Assembly: GCA_001643675.2 (NCBI GenBank)
Contig: LSRY02000041.1
Span: 812,178-876,177, forward strand
DNA length: 64,000 nucleotides
Origin: Monocercomonoides exilis PA203
Lineage: Eukaryota > Protista > Preaxostyla
Direction of reading: 5' to 3'
Position 1 is the stretch's first letter. Each line of letters opens with the position of its first letter. Shown one piece after another: positions 25,170-36,330 of this stretch. The notes below the pieces were generated by a model, which was not told the origin of the DNA, searched no databases, and saw nothing but the letters and a program-made list of their open reading frames with translations. The position numbers and the translations under genes are program-made.

Positions 25170-27110
25170 ATGCATCACAGAATTCCAAAAAAGAGAGTAA
25201 ACAAAAAAATAAATCAATTTGAAGAGAAAGTTCTTGTGGTTAATAATATTATAACGAAACTGGCAAAGGATGAAGATTCAATTTTGCAGAATTTTGAGGA
25301 GATAATATTTTTTATACATAATACACCAATTTATATGATAGAAGAAGAAACTTTTCAAAATCTTCTTTGTTGCATAAAATCAAAAATTTCTACTGAAAGT
25401 TGGGAATCAACAGAATTGGATGAATTATATGAATTCTTGAAGAAATTAACAGATATTTATTATTTAGCGCACATTTTCAAAATTAAAAGCAATTCTCCAA
25501 AAGCCAATTCACAAATTAAAGAAGATCCAATTTTGGAGCACATTAAGAATTTTTTTAATCTTCCTCAGAGAGTAATTGAAGCGAAAAAGGTAAAACTAAA
25601 GAAATTAGCACTTCTGAATGTCAAAAGCTTTTTGTTGATGTATCTTGCTTCATTCCCTTCAGTTGAACTATCTTCAATTGCAATAGCAAGTATTGAGCCA
25701 GAATTTAATTTGCAGCAGACATTGAACATTGATGATATTGAAGACTCACTTTTTTACATGGAGCAGTTTCCATTCGATCATCAATATCAGCAATATAGGT
25801 CAAATAGCATCATTCCATTAGTGATTAACATCTTGAAGACTAAAGTTGATCAACTGTCTCCGAAAGGCATCTGCAGTTGCGTTGGAATTCTTGCGCATTA
25901 TTCGACTGTAAACAGAAAAGCTGTGAAAGATTTTCTTCTCGAGAACGAATTACTGGAATTATTGGAATCTATTTTTTCACGCTGCACAAAAAAGGCAAAG
26001 GAAGTTTTCGCTCAGCGCAAGATTATTATGAAAGAAGCGGTGCAAATTAAACATGAAGAATGTGTACCATTAAACAAAAAGGAATTTATGAGAAAATACT
26101 TCAATTCAAGGCCAACAAAATTGCCACCTAATTTAGACAAAAATCGAAAGAAAAAGAAATATAGTGATGAAGTCGAAGCCAAAAGCAAACATCAACATCA
26201 ACCAGATGAAAAAGCAAGTAATGATTTATCCAAAGAAAAACTCCCTTCTAGCAAGTTGGATCTTCCTCGATGGTCGTTGGAAGCCAGCAGCGTGCGCTGG
26301 ACAGTACTGAGTGCGCTGATGCAACTTCGTCATTTTGTCTTGTCGTTTGATGATGTGCTCCCAGAAATTCTGCAACACGAGCCGCTTCACAAGAGACTGA
26401 TGAGCCCGTACTGTTTGTTTGATGAAGTGAGTAAAGATCATGAGAATTTATCTTCATCGCCTTCTTCATCTCCTTCTTCATCTCCTTCTTCATCTCCTTC
26501 TTCATCTCCTTCTTCATCTCCTTCTTTAGACCTTCCGATTTTATCATCAAATTCAATTGAACCTTTCGGAAATGCTTCCAAAAGTATTTCTGCTTTGAGC
26601 GAGACTGAAACAATTAATTCGTCTTCGAGTAACAAAGCGTCGCCTCGAGAACTTTTATATCACTTTTGTTCTCTCAAAGACATTGAAACAATCTGCAGCG
26701 CGCTTGTGGCCATATACTCCAGGTGCTTTCGGAGCGGAGGTTTCGAAGCGATGAAGAAAACGATTGAAATTAGGTGGTACAGCCAGTTTATTACCGTAGG
26801 ACTGGGAGTGGATATCCAGTTTCATTCTGTCTCAGTCAGCACACTGAACTTTCTGGGTTCGCACTTCTCGCTCGTTGGACGGATGCTAAATGAGTCTAGG
26901 GGAGAAGGGAATGCTAAAGAACTTGCCGATCTTTATCGAAGAGAAATAATTGAGTCTGGACTGGAGGATCTTCTATGGGCAATGGACAATAGCGTCAGCA
27001 AAGTGAAGAGGAGGGTAAGGCTAATTATGAAAGTTTGGACTTATTTCGAGTTTATGCTCACTGTGAACGTAGAAATAGGAAATGCTGAGTTTGCAAGGGA
27101 TGACGAGTGA
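25170..27110 (+). CDS. Hypothetical helical (ARM/HEAT-like) protein, ~646 aa
   Basis: Long non-repetitive ORF whose first ATG is at 25170. It has an amphipathic helical pattern and a 12-nt (SPSS) tandem repeat at ~26457-26525. The fold assignment is a weak inference. Confidence 0.75.
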   Translation: MHHRIPKKRVNKKINQFEEKVLVVNNIITKLAKDEDSILQNFEEIIFFIHNTPIYMIEEETFQNLLCCIKSKISTESWESTELDELYEFLKKLTDIYYLAHIFKIKSNSPKANSQIKEDPILEHIKNFFNLPQRVIEAKKVKLKKLALLNVKSFLLMYLASFPSVELSSIAIASIEPEFNLQQTLNIDDIEDSLFYMEQFPFDHQYQQYRSNSIIPLVINILKTKVDQLSPKGICSCVGILAHYSTVNRKAVKDFLLENELLELLESIFSRCTKKAKEVFAQRKIIMKEAVQIKHEECVPLNKKEFMRKYFNSRPTKLPPNLDKNRKKKKYSDEVEAKSKHQHQPDEKASNDLSKEKLPSSKLDLPRWSLEASSVRWTVLSALMQLRHFVLSFDDVLPEILQHEPLHKRLMSPYCLFDEVSKDHENLSSSPSSSPSSSPSSSPSSSPSSSPSLDLPILSSNSIEPFGNASKSISALSETETINSSSSNKASPRELLYHFCSLKDIETICSALVAIYSRCFRSGGFEAMKKTIEIRWYSQFITVGLGVDIQFHSVSVSTLNFLGSHFSLVGRMLNESRGEGNAKELADLYRREIIESGLEDLLWAMDNSVSKVKRRVRLIMKVWTYFEFMLTVNVEIGNAEFARDDE

Positions 27111-28501
27111 TTTCGAAGACGAGATGCTTTTAAAAACAGTTTTTCATTCGAAAATTTGGAAAATGCAAAAAACAATTTAATGACTTGTGAATTGATGGAA
27201 GTTGCAATTCAGACATTGAAAATACGTAATCTTGTTAAAATGGCTCATTTGCAGGTATTGATTGGATTGCAGAAAAAATGCATTTGTCTGTGTATTTTTT
27301 TTGTTCACAGAATTTTTTATGATGTTCATACTTTTACCTCTTAGCTGTAATGTGCATATACAGTTTGCTTATTTTGAAATTTATTTGCTTTGTTTTGTTT
27401 GTAATCTTATTTTTTGTTGTTATTTTCGATCATGAGTTAAAAGTTGAATGTTAACTTTGATCTGAACAAACTGTAATTCACCTTTGAGCCAAATATGTTA
27501 AAAACAAAACAAAAATTCGCTCGAACAAAAATTTATCGATATTTTACGTATTTGAGCATTTATTTTTTAATTTATTCATTTTTATTCAAGTTTCTGTCTT
27601 TCTTTCTTTCTTTCTTGAGTTCGCGTAGTTCTTAATATATATTGTTTTGTTTTGTTTAAAGTTTTCTTTTAAGACTTATTTTATTGTATATATAGTCGGT
27701 GACAAAACTCGGTACAGGGATACAACCCTGGACAATTGGAACAGGTTATTTGCAAAAAGGTGTATACAAGATAGAATGCGAAAACTGCTTTGTTTTTTGT
27801 TGTGAATAAATTAACAGTAAAGATAAAATGATTTCAAATGGAGAAATTCAAAAATCCGAAATGATGCAACTGAAATATTGATTAATAACGAAAACAATTA
27901 TAAAAAGAATAATTAGAAGTTTTATAAAGAAGTGACAAGTTTGTTTCACTGTGAACAATTGCATTGTTTTACTTATTAAAAGTTATGAACCGAAACAAAA
28001 TATTGATCAATAAGCACTTTTGCGAGTGAATTTTTTTTCCCCTTTTATCAATGATAAACAGTGCATTTTCAATAAAAAATTTTCTGATAGCGTTTTATAA
28101 ACTTTTTCTGTTTCAAAAAATTTTCAAGTCGCTTCATCTCATGCAATTGTTTTCTTTACATATTTATGAGTTTCAACTCTTTCTGTATCTTCTGGAATTG
28201 AAGACCTATTGTTCGTAATATTTGATGATTCGTTTTCACTTCATTTCTAAATATTGCGTTTCATTGAAGAACCTGAAGTTAAACTTTTCCTCTTTATTTC
28301 CAATTAAATGGAAAAGTTGATATAAGTGGGCGATATGGGAGTTTTCAAAACTCAATTAAACTAAGTTTTTAGTTCATTACATGGTTTTCAATCATCATTA
28401 TTTATGTTTATTATCGATGGAAATGTGTATGGATAAAATAATAAAAAAATGAAAAAATATTAAAAAATTAAGAATAGTTCAATATCTGATGTATTTTCTT
28501 C

Positions 28502-29516
28502 TTATGTCCAAAGCCCTGATGAATAATCATCAGTTTCATCACCTCCCATAATATCTTCAATTTGAGGGATTTCTGAATCTTCATCTTTGACTTCCTCTTC
28601 ATCAAGATCTTCTGCTGGCTTTTCTACTGCTTTGCACTTGACGATAGAAGGTGAAATATCTTGAAATTTAAATTTCAAAGAAGTTTTAACCAGAAACATA
28701 GCTAAATGATCTGCAATCAAAGTTTTTCTCACTCCATACTGAGGGAATGATTGCGCAATGTTCCCCACAAGCCCTCTATCGTGTTGGCGCATGCACCTGA
28801 AACAGGATCAACAAAATTTCTTTATCACAAACAGTTTTATGAATGTTATTGTATTGATCCAAAGTGGAGAATGCTTTTCACTCGTCGCTCATGATTGTTG
28901 ATCGGAGCTGGATTGTTTCTCAAACGATAGGAATAAGAGTTTCCATCTTTCTGTTAGGAACGATTTTCACAAAACGAAAACCAGCTCCGCCTCCATCCAA
29001 CCTCTCAACCCCACCAAATATCCAAATTTGTTCCTTTCTTCTTCCTCTCTTATAATTTCTTCTCCTCCACACAGCCTCATCAATTTCTACAACTTTTCCT
29101 TCTCCTCCTATTGGATTTTGATGTAAATTCCAAATTTCCATGCATGAAACTCTAACGACACTGCACCAAAATCCAATATTTTCCTATGAAATCCCAGCAT
29201 TTTCGAAATGAACTTTATTTTTGTGCATCCCCAATAATACAAAATGGTTCTAAAAATCTTTTCCAACCCTAATTTATTCCCAGAGAAAACTGTTTCATCA
29301 TATACTAATTTCCTTCTGTTGCATTTTGAACAGTAGAAATATCTGCAAAACTTTTCTCCTTTTGGAATAGATATTTTTCTTCAACAACGGATGCAAATTT
29401 TCGATTCGTTTTCCAAAATATTTTCGTTAAGCCACCTCCACGCTCCGTCTTCGTCTGTGAAAACATTATCCAGCTGATGAGGCATAATTATCTGAAGATC
29501 CAGCATTGCCATTTCA
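28502..29516 (-). pseudogene. ISXO2-like/Merlin DDE transposase pseudogene
   Basis: N-terminal CxxC..CxxC zinc ribbon (CIRC, CSKC). Catalytic core IGGEGKVVEIDE..NYKRGR..WIFGGVER..VPNRKMETLIPIV*..IMSDE*KAF.. then, after a frameshift, FVDPVSGACANTIEGLWG. Several stops and frameshifts. Confidence 0.9.
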
Positions 29517-29575
29517 ATGTAACAATTTTGATCACAACCCATGATAACTAAAAATCAACATTCTTCATTAAAAAT

Positions 29576-29838
29576 GTGACGAAATATTTGACTTCAGATA
29601 TTTTCATTAATAAATAATGCACGCAATAAGAACTTTTAGTGATCATAAAAATGCAATTTAAATGGTATCGTTTTTTTGCATTCTTGGAATGTAACAAAAC
29701 TTCTTGATATAACAACTATAAGATTTGTTTGCAGATATGAAAATCCTATTTCTTTTTTGATCTGAGAAAGATTTATAAAGTTATTTGCGAAAAAAAAATG
29801 TGATGATTCGTGCAAAAAAAGCTTGAAAGTCCATAATC

Positions 29839-29843
<5 letters not shown>
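29576..29843 (+). mobile_element. MITE family B copy nested in the Merlin element, ending in a C30 run
   Basis: Shares TTGCAGATATGAAAATCC..TCTGAGAAAGATT..AAGCTTGAAAGTCC and the left-end motif with 56748-57014. Confidence 0.7.
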
Positions 29844-29870
<27 letters not shown>

Positions 29871-30119
29871 TTAAAAAAAAAAAATTTAAATTATGGATTT
29901 CCAATGATTATTAGCATGAATGATGATGTTTTCTAATCATATAAATTACAATATAATAATTTTAAAGGAGTTTTGAAAACTCCCATATTGCACTCATATA
30001 CAGAAAAGTTTACACATGAATCATCTTTTCATTTAAATTTCATTCTGATGTTACTCGAAAATGATGTATCGTCTGTTTTTATTACAATCATAGAAAGGGC
30101 TTTAATGTTCTGCGGAAGA

Positions 30120-30733
30120 AACCAATTAACTGCAAAAGGGTCAAATTGATAAATTCCTCATGCTTTGAATGACTTTCTCACAATTTTGGGAGAGAGAGTC
30201 ACAAACAGCTTCTGATACTGTTGGTATTAACAATTTCCGGAAAGAAGAGTTAGACGAGTTTGATAAAACCGAGAATGCTCTTTTCAAGCTATTTTTGAAA
30301 TGCACGAACACAAACCTGTCCAGTGGTAGATTCAAATGTGTCGCGTGTGACGGAAGAATCAACAAATGGATGAAATGTTTTCTGCAACAAGATATTTCTG
30401 TAAATCTGAAGATAGAAAAATGCTTATAAAGTATTATCAAGGCAAAGGAAGATGGGACAAAATTTTTTGTTTTGCGAATTTTGTTCCGCACAGTTCTTTT
30501 ATAGAATTTTCTCGTTTTTTTTATTTTCATATTTAATATTGCACAACAGCGTTGGAATAATAATCATATAATTGCAGAAAAAGTTTGGAACAAATCATTG
30601 AAATTTTCTTAAATGAAAGAATTCTGTCACAGATCGTAAATTAAGCTCATCTCTTTTCTCTTTTCTTTTTGGGAACAAAATCTCGATCATTACTTTTTCA
30701 TAATCTCTTATTGTCATCCAGCCAGTACCATTT
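30120..30733 (-). pseudogene. pogo/Tc5-type DDE_1 transposase remnant, interrupted by MITEs
   Basis: GTGWMT..(MITE)..ALIILYKHFS..LLILPSHATHLNLPLDRFVFVHFK and, after a frameshift, RKSFKA*GIYQFDP. These match DDE_1 motifs GWM, LLxxDxxxSH, LPxxxTxxxQPLD and FxxxGIxP. Confidence 0.8.
30454..30630. mobile_element. MITE family A (~177 bp), AGAT target-site duplication
   Basis: AGAT|GGGACAAAATT...AATTCTGTCAC|AGAT. Removing it restores the DDE_1 reading frame. Confidence 0.8.
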
Positions 30734-30911
30734 GGGAACTAATTTTTTGCTTTGTGAATTTTGTTCCATTCTTCACTTTCAAAAATTTTTATTATTATAT
30801 AAAATGTTCTTCTTTTTTTTTTCATGAAAATGAAAAACTTTTGATGATAAGGCTGCAGAATAAGTTTGGAGCAAATCGTTGTTTTGTTCATAAATGCTAG
30901 AATTTTGCCCC
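30734..30911. mobile_element. MITE family A copy
   Basis: GGGAACTAATT...AATTTTGCCCC, with internal GAATTTTGTTCC and AAGTTTGGA motifs shared with the other copies. Flanks are ATTT/ATAT. Confidence 0.7.
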
Positions 30912-31088
30912 ATATGAAATCGTTGTTCATAATTAAATATTTAATATGATTAATAACTTACAGAGAAAAAAATTACCCCATGAATAAATAATTTTCATTT
31001 TTGTAACATTTATTTGCAAATGAGTGTTTTGCTCCAAATCTTACGACATTTTTTTAATTTATAAAACAAAAACTAACTCATTGTTCAA

Positions 31089-32563
31089 TTACTTTGAAGT
31101 CGAAAGCGGTATTTCACAGAGAGAGCAGAGCGATATTGCCCTCGATCTTACAAATTGATCAGAATGCGAAGTTAACTCGATTAGTCGCCGCGGAACAACA
31201 TTCTCTTTCACTTTGCTAATTGTAGAAAGTGTTCCTAATACAAAAACAAGAGTGCAAATGAACCAACAATATTTAAAGAATATAATAAAAAAATCAATCA
31301 ATAAGAAAGTTTATTATAAATGCAACAGCAAAATGAAGACGAATATACAAGAATAAAATCGTGGTTAGAGAACAAATTTTAAACATAATAAAAATAAAAA
31401 CAACCTTCAGAAATCAAATTGATAAGGAGCTGAATTGAATGACGGAGTGTGAAAGTATCTGTAGTATTCCTGTTGTTTACCAAAAAAAAATTTTTTTTTC
31501 ACAATTAAAATAAAAATGCAATCCAAAACATACATATACACTCGTTTCAGAACGGATAGAAAATCATCCATTAATATCAATGCATGATTTTCTGAAGAAA
31601 AGAAACATAAATAGTTTCAGCAGAAGCATAATTACGAAATAAAAGTGAATCGCTATGAAAACATATGTTAATACTGATAACTATTAACAAACCTTCAACA
31701 ACAGCCATCAGCCTCAATCTCATTAGAGCCATCCTAACCTGAAAATCCTCCCCATTTTCAACCAGCTTCTTTAATATTACCACTGCACCTTGTGTCTGTT
31801 CATTGGCTGCTTTCCCCTGAAGCATTGCCCCAACGCACAACGCGGCTGCGTGCTTATATCCCAACAAAACATCTTCCTCATTCATAAGATTAACCAATAA
31901 AGCATCAGCTCCACAATTTCGAAGAGAGTTCCCCAAAGGATGTTCAGTTCCATCCTTTCTGGATTCGTGCTCTGACAGAAGATTGTTAATTGCGTAAACT
32001 CCATGACCTTTAGCCTCCAATTCGTCGTTTTTTAGTAATCCTACACAAACATCCAATATTCCCATATCAAGTAATTTTGATGTATCTGCTTTAGATGCAC
32101 GAAACACCATTTTGTCAAGAGCCCCAGTTTTCCATATAGGAGCATTTGAAGGATCCTTTTTAAGTTCAAATATTATATGTTCCGCAAGTGGAGTTTTAAC
32201 AGCATCAGAAACACAAGCTTCTTCTTCATCGAAAATCTGCGTTATCAACTTATAAATATTCTTAACAAAATCTTCATCTTGAAGAGCTTGTAATAACAAT
32301 GAAAACGTTTTGAAAAGTTCTTCAGCTTTAATTCCTTTGAGATGAGAAAAGTGCTTTTCAAAAAAGTTATTGAGAAGATCAAGAGACATCCTAATCATTT
32401 TCAATCCAATATCAGAAGATAAAAGCCTTCAAAAATAAGCAAAAAAAAATCCATAGAAAAGCTCAATTATCAAAAGATCAAACTCTTCGCAAAGAAATAA
32501 CTGCGTGGATGAGGAGAGCTCATCTACAAGTTCATTGACTTTTTTTAAATCGGAAAATATCAT
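31089..32563 (-). CDS. ARM-repeat-like protein, multi-exon
   Basis: ATG at 32563. Exon 1 splices in phase (GA|GTTTGA..AAG|G) to the 32426-31693 exon (LLDMGILDVCVGLL..GVYAINNL; GADALLVNLM..AAALCVGAM). A donor G|GTTTG sits at 31692, and the terminal exon is ..RRLIELTSHSDQFVRSRA..*. The small middle exon boundaries are less certain. Confidence 0.7.
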
Positions 32564-32895
32564 TTAAATTAAAAATGTTTTCAAAAAGAATTTTAAAATC
32601 CAGCTCATACAAGTTGAAATTACAGAATTTTGTACTTCCATTTTTCATTCAATTATATAATTCTTATTTTGATCAAATTGGAAACGTTCTCACAAACAAT
32701 TTTATGATTCAATAAGAACAATACTTTCCTTTAATATTTTATTATTCTTTTAATTGATAATTTCAAAAAAAAAAATAATTTGTTATTATTAATTCTCCCT
32801 AATGCAATGTTTAACAATGCAAGGTATGAAAAAGAAAATATATTAAAAAAAAAATAATATCTATCTTTTATTGCATCAATATGTTGCAATTTGAT

Positions 32896-33744
32896 TTACA
32901 AGCATTTCATCTGTGGTCCATAGACTTGGTTCTCAATTCCGCAATGGTTTGATCCACGGAGAATCTTGAAGTGTCCTTTCTCTCCCCATGCTGGTCCCCA
33001 TGAGTTCTGGCACAACCAGTATGGTGTGTTGTCCTCTACACCCCATCCAATGCACAAAACAGCGTGTCCACCAGCAACACCTCCCGTTTTGTGAACATAG
33101 ACACCGCTCTTGTAGTTCATAAAGTCATAGTAGACTGTGAATGCAACTGAAAGAGGACCATTTTCATAAAGCTCCTGTTGCATTTGGCTTGCGGTAAAGT
33201 GAGTGAATGATTGTGATTTTGTTCTCACAATTGTTGATCCATTAACACATTTTGCTGGGCAAGCTGGAACACGTCCACCTCCAGATTGATATGGCATGCA
33301 TTCCTCATTTGTGACTCCGTGGCTCTTTGTCCATGCCCATGCTTTATCCATGTATCCTCCATTGCATCCCATATCGGTTGTGTCGCATGAAACGAGATCT
33401 TGTGGAGACATGTGTCCACGCCCGCATCCAATGATTGAGAGACGGTCGCCCATGGTCTCAGCAACTGAGAAAGCCCAGCATGATCCGCATGAAGCTTGGT
33501 CACGGACTGGAAGAATTTGTTCGGGCCATTGTTCGCGGGCATCGAAATTTTCTGGGAGAGCGTTGTCGGATTCGTATGTTCTTTCTTCATATTCCTCAAC
33601 ATGTGTTCCTAAGCGAGCGAGGAATTTTGCACGAGTGATCACAGATGCTGGGTATTCAACTGCAACCCATGTTGATGATGGATCGTTGTTGACTGTTTCA
33701 ACTATAGATTCAGCTAAAACTGAAGCAAAAAGAAGGAAAAACAT
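32896..33744 (-). CDS. CTSB: Cathepsin B-like cysteine protease (papain family C1A), 282-aa preproenzyme
   Basis: Signal peptide MFFLLFASVLA from ATG 33744. Motifs LPENFDAREQWP, DQASCGSCWAF (Gln, catalytic Cys), GCNGG, GGHAV (His) and QNSWG (Asn). Intronless and intact. Confidence 0.97.
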   Translation of the reverse strand: MFFLLFASVLAESIVETVNNDPSSTWVAVEYPASVITRAKFLARLGTHVEEYEERTYESDNALPENFDAREQWPEQILPVRDQASCGSCWAFSVAETMGDRLSIIGCGRGHMSPQDLVSCDTTDMGCNGGYMDKAWAWTKSHGVTNEECMPYQSGGGRVPACPAKCVNGSTIVRTKSQSFTHFTASQMQQELYENGPLSVAFTVYYDFMNYKSGVYVHKTGGVAGGHAVLCIGWGVEDNTPYWLCQNSWGPAWGEKGHFKILRGSNHCGIENQVYGPQMKCL

Positions 33745-33944
33745 TTTATTCTGATATTGTTTTATCAAAAACTGAAGGTCTCTTTTGGATTTTAATGATC
33801 AGAAAAATTTAAAAAATAATGGAATATTTTGGTTAAAACAAAACATTTCTCATAATTATAAAAAATTTAGAAAATATATTTCCAACAAATTGTAATATTT
33901 TCATTCATCTCTTTTAATGAACGATTGATGAAGCATTTCGAAAT

Positions 33945-34119
33945 ATCCATCACAAGTTTTTCACGAAATAAAACAAGGATTAGTTCCAAACTTTTTGTGC
34001 AAATAAATCATAAAAAGTCTTGTATTCTTATGAATAAAATATGTAATTTATTAAAAAAATTGAGAAGAATATTTGTTAGAGCAGAATGGAACAAAATTCG
34101 TAAAGCAAATAATTTCGTT
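33945..34119. mobile_element. Degenerate MITE family A copy (opposite orientation to the 30.4-30.9 kb copies)
   Basis: GTTCCAAACTTTTT and GAATGGAACAAAATTCGTAAAGCAAA..AATTTCGT are reverse complements of motifs in 30734-30911. The left boundary is approximate. Confidence 0.55.
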
Positions 34120-34134
34120 ATAAACAAATAAATA

Positions 34135-35009
34135 CACCAAAAATTATTTAAAGTCGGAAAACTTTCATTCAAAGTCGAAAACTATTATTCAAAGTCGAAA
34201 AAGTTTCATTCAAAGTCGAAAACTATTATTCAAAGTCGAAAAAGTTTCATTCAAAGTCGAAAATTATTATTCAAAGTCGAAAAAGTTGCAAACGAAATCG
34301 AAAAACTTTCAATCAAAATCGAAAATTTCACAAAAAAATAAACGTATAATAAAGAGAATTTTATTAAAGAATAATATTGTAATTTTGTTTTTGTGATTAT
34401 AATCAGCAATGCCTGTGTTGCTGTTTTCTGCAAATTTTGAAGATTTCGTACCAAAATAAACTCAATAATAAACTATAAACAAAAGTTATTACATTTGTTG
34501 CCTTCCATTAGAAATAAGTTTTTTAATATTAAAAACGCGAAATTAGAGAGCCAATATTGTGTGCATCATTCTTCATTAATTGAGAAAAAATATAAATTAA
34601 GATTTTTGCCAATCTTTTGTAAAGCAGTGTTCTTTTAATTGAAAAAAGATCAAAATGTGTCAGTATTTCTCTCATATTTATAAATTTTGCAATTGGATAA
34701 AGGAAAGCAAAGAAAAATATCGGAAAAAACATGAAAAATCATTAAAATAACAAATTTCATTGATATTTTAACAATCACTATGTTTTTTTGACTTTTATTG
34801 ATTTTTGTCATCTTTTTGAAAATTTGAAGTTTTTCGAACTTTCGACTTTGCTTGAAAGTTTTTCGATTTCGTTTGCAACTTTTTCGACTTTGAATAATAA
34901 TTTTCGACTTTGACTGAAACTTTTTCGACTTCGAATGAAAACTTTCGACTTTGAATGAAAGTTTTTCGACTTTGATTGAAAGTTTTTCGATTTTGAATAT
35001 TTTTTGGTG
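34135..35009. mobile_element. Non-autonomous foldback element with CAC..GTG termini, TA flanks and inverted arrays of a 20-21-bp repeat
   Basis: TA|CACCAAAAA...TTTTTGGTG|TA. About 9 copies of TTCAAAGTCGAAAA(N6-7) at 34146-34328 and about 8 inverted copies at 34830-34997. 34251-34312 is the exact reverse complement of 34852-34913. Confidence 0.85.
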
Positions 35010-35099
35010 TAAATTTCCAAATAATCTTTAAAGTTTTTACATAAAAAATTATCATTAGTTGTTCCTTGTTCAACGCAACGAATTAATGCAACGAAATTC

Positions 35100-36330
35100 A
35101 TTTCATCTTCTACATCCAGTCAATTGAGTCTCTATCTTTTCATCTCTTTTCATTTTGCTTTCTCTCTTTCTTTTCTCATCATTTCTTTCAAATCCTTTGA
35201 AAAATGCACTCATAAAATTTTAAATAATTCAAAATTTGTTGATCTTTTGCATGCGATTGATTAACTTCCTCAAAAATAACACCAATAGTTCGACTTTTCA
35301 ACAAGAAATCAAATTTCACAGCTTTGTATCCTGCTGACGGATCAAATAAAAATGAAATATAAAAAAGAAAATGTTACAAATTTCACAGAGATTCTCCTTT
35401 GATAACCGAAATATCTCAGCAATTCTTCCAATAAATCCAATGCATTCATAATTTTGGAATTCTCTAAATGGAAAATAATTGTCCCGTTCCATGATTCACT
35501 TTCTCATAGCCACTACGTTTTCTTTTTCTTTTCTTCTTTCTTCTTCTTTCCTCTTCCAAAGAATGCATTTCGGTAATCCCTCAAGTTCATTTGTTTCCTC
35601 TCTCACAAAGTGATGCTCAGGCACAATCACTTCTTCTAAGTTTCTTTCAATGTGGTATTGATTTCATTAAAAATTGAAAAGCAATCTGATAGGCAAGATG
35701 TGAAATGTTGCAATAATCACGATGATATTTGATGATTTCAAAAATTTCATCCAAATATGATCCTTTCTCGATTTTTTGCTTTAATATTTATAAAAACACA
35801 TCAAAAAACAAAAAGAATTATGAAAATTTCAAACGTAATGCCCACAAATGAAACTTAAAGCCTGCAAAGCAATTTCTACTTTCTTTTTGTGCATCCTCGT
35901 TTTCATCTTTTTTAAGGCAACTTTCTGAATGACAGGCACTCAGATGGAAAACGATTCAGTAAAATAAACTTTGTATCAAAAACAGATAGAATCCACAAAG
36001 AACAGCATGCAACTTTTCATTCTTCCCTTCATTCTTCTGCTCTTTGTCAACAATCATCTTTCTGATTCTATTGCTTGATAAAGAAAAATATTAACATTTT
36101 CTCTGTTTGTCTTTCAACATATTGAAATATCCCATCTGGTTCAGAAAAAAAAGTGAGTTTTTAATTGAAAATATTATTTCTGCGATCATTCATTCGATTC
36201 TTTCGAGCATTTCCACAGTCAAAACTGAAAACTGTCCATAACCATCCATCTCTTTAACAATATCATCCTATTCACAAAACATATGTTTTTGTTCATTTTC
36301 AGAATATTTTTCATGCGTTGCAAGCAACTC
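35100..36330 (-). pseudogene. Heavily decayed copy of a helical hypothetical-protein gene
   Basis: Coding-like fragments such as MIVDKEQKNEGKNEKLHAVLCGFYL and VPVIQKVALKKDENEDAQKEVEIALQALSFI, separated by many stops and frameshifts. Resemblance to an expanded oxymonad family is from memory only. Boundaries are approximate. Confidence 0.5.

Larger units (their letters stand above)
28321..30000 (-). mobile_element. Merlin/ISXO2(IS1595)-like DNA transposon, decayed, with ~40-bp terminal inverted repeats
   Basis: A perfect 21-bp IR core ATATGGGAGTTTTCAAAACTC at 28333-28353 and 29968-29988 sits within ~40-bp imperfect IRs. Transposase remnants lie between them. Confidence 0.85.

Noticed and set aside
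30734-34119. Composite transposon carrying the ARM-like and cathepsin B genes between inverted MITE-A copies
   Set aside because: Family A is abundant (five copies in the window), the two copies are divergent and no shared outer TSD is visible.
34146-34997. Regularly spaced repeats resembling a CRISPR array
   Set aside because: The units are contiguous 20-21-mers without unique spacers and occur as two inverted arrays. There are no cas genes and the context is eukaryotic.
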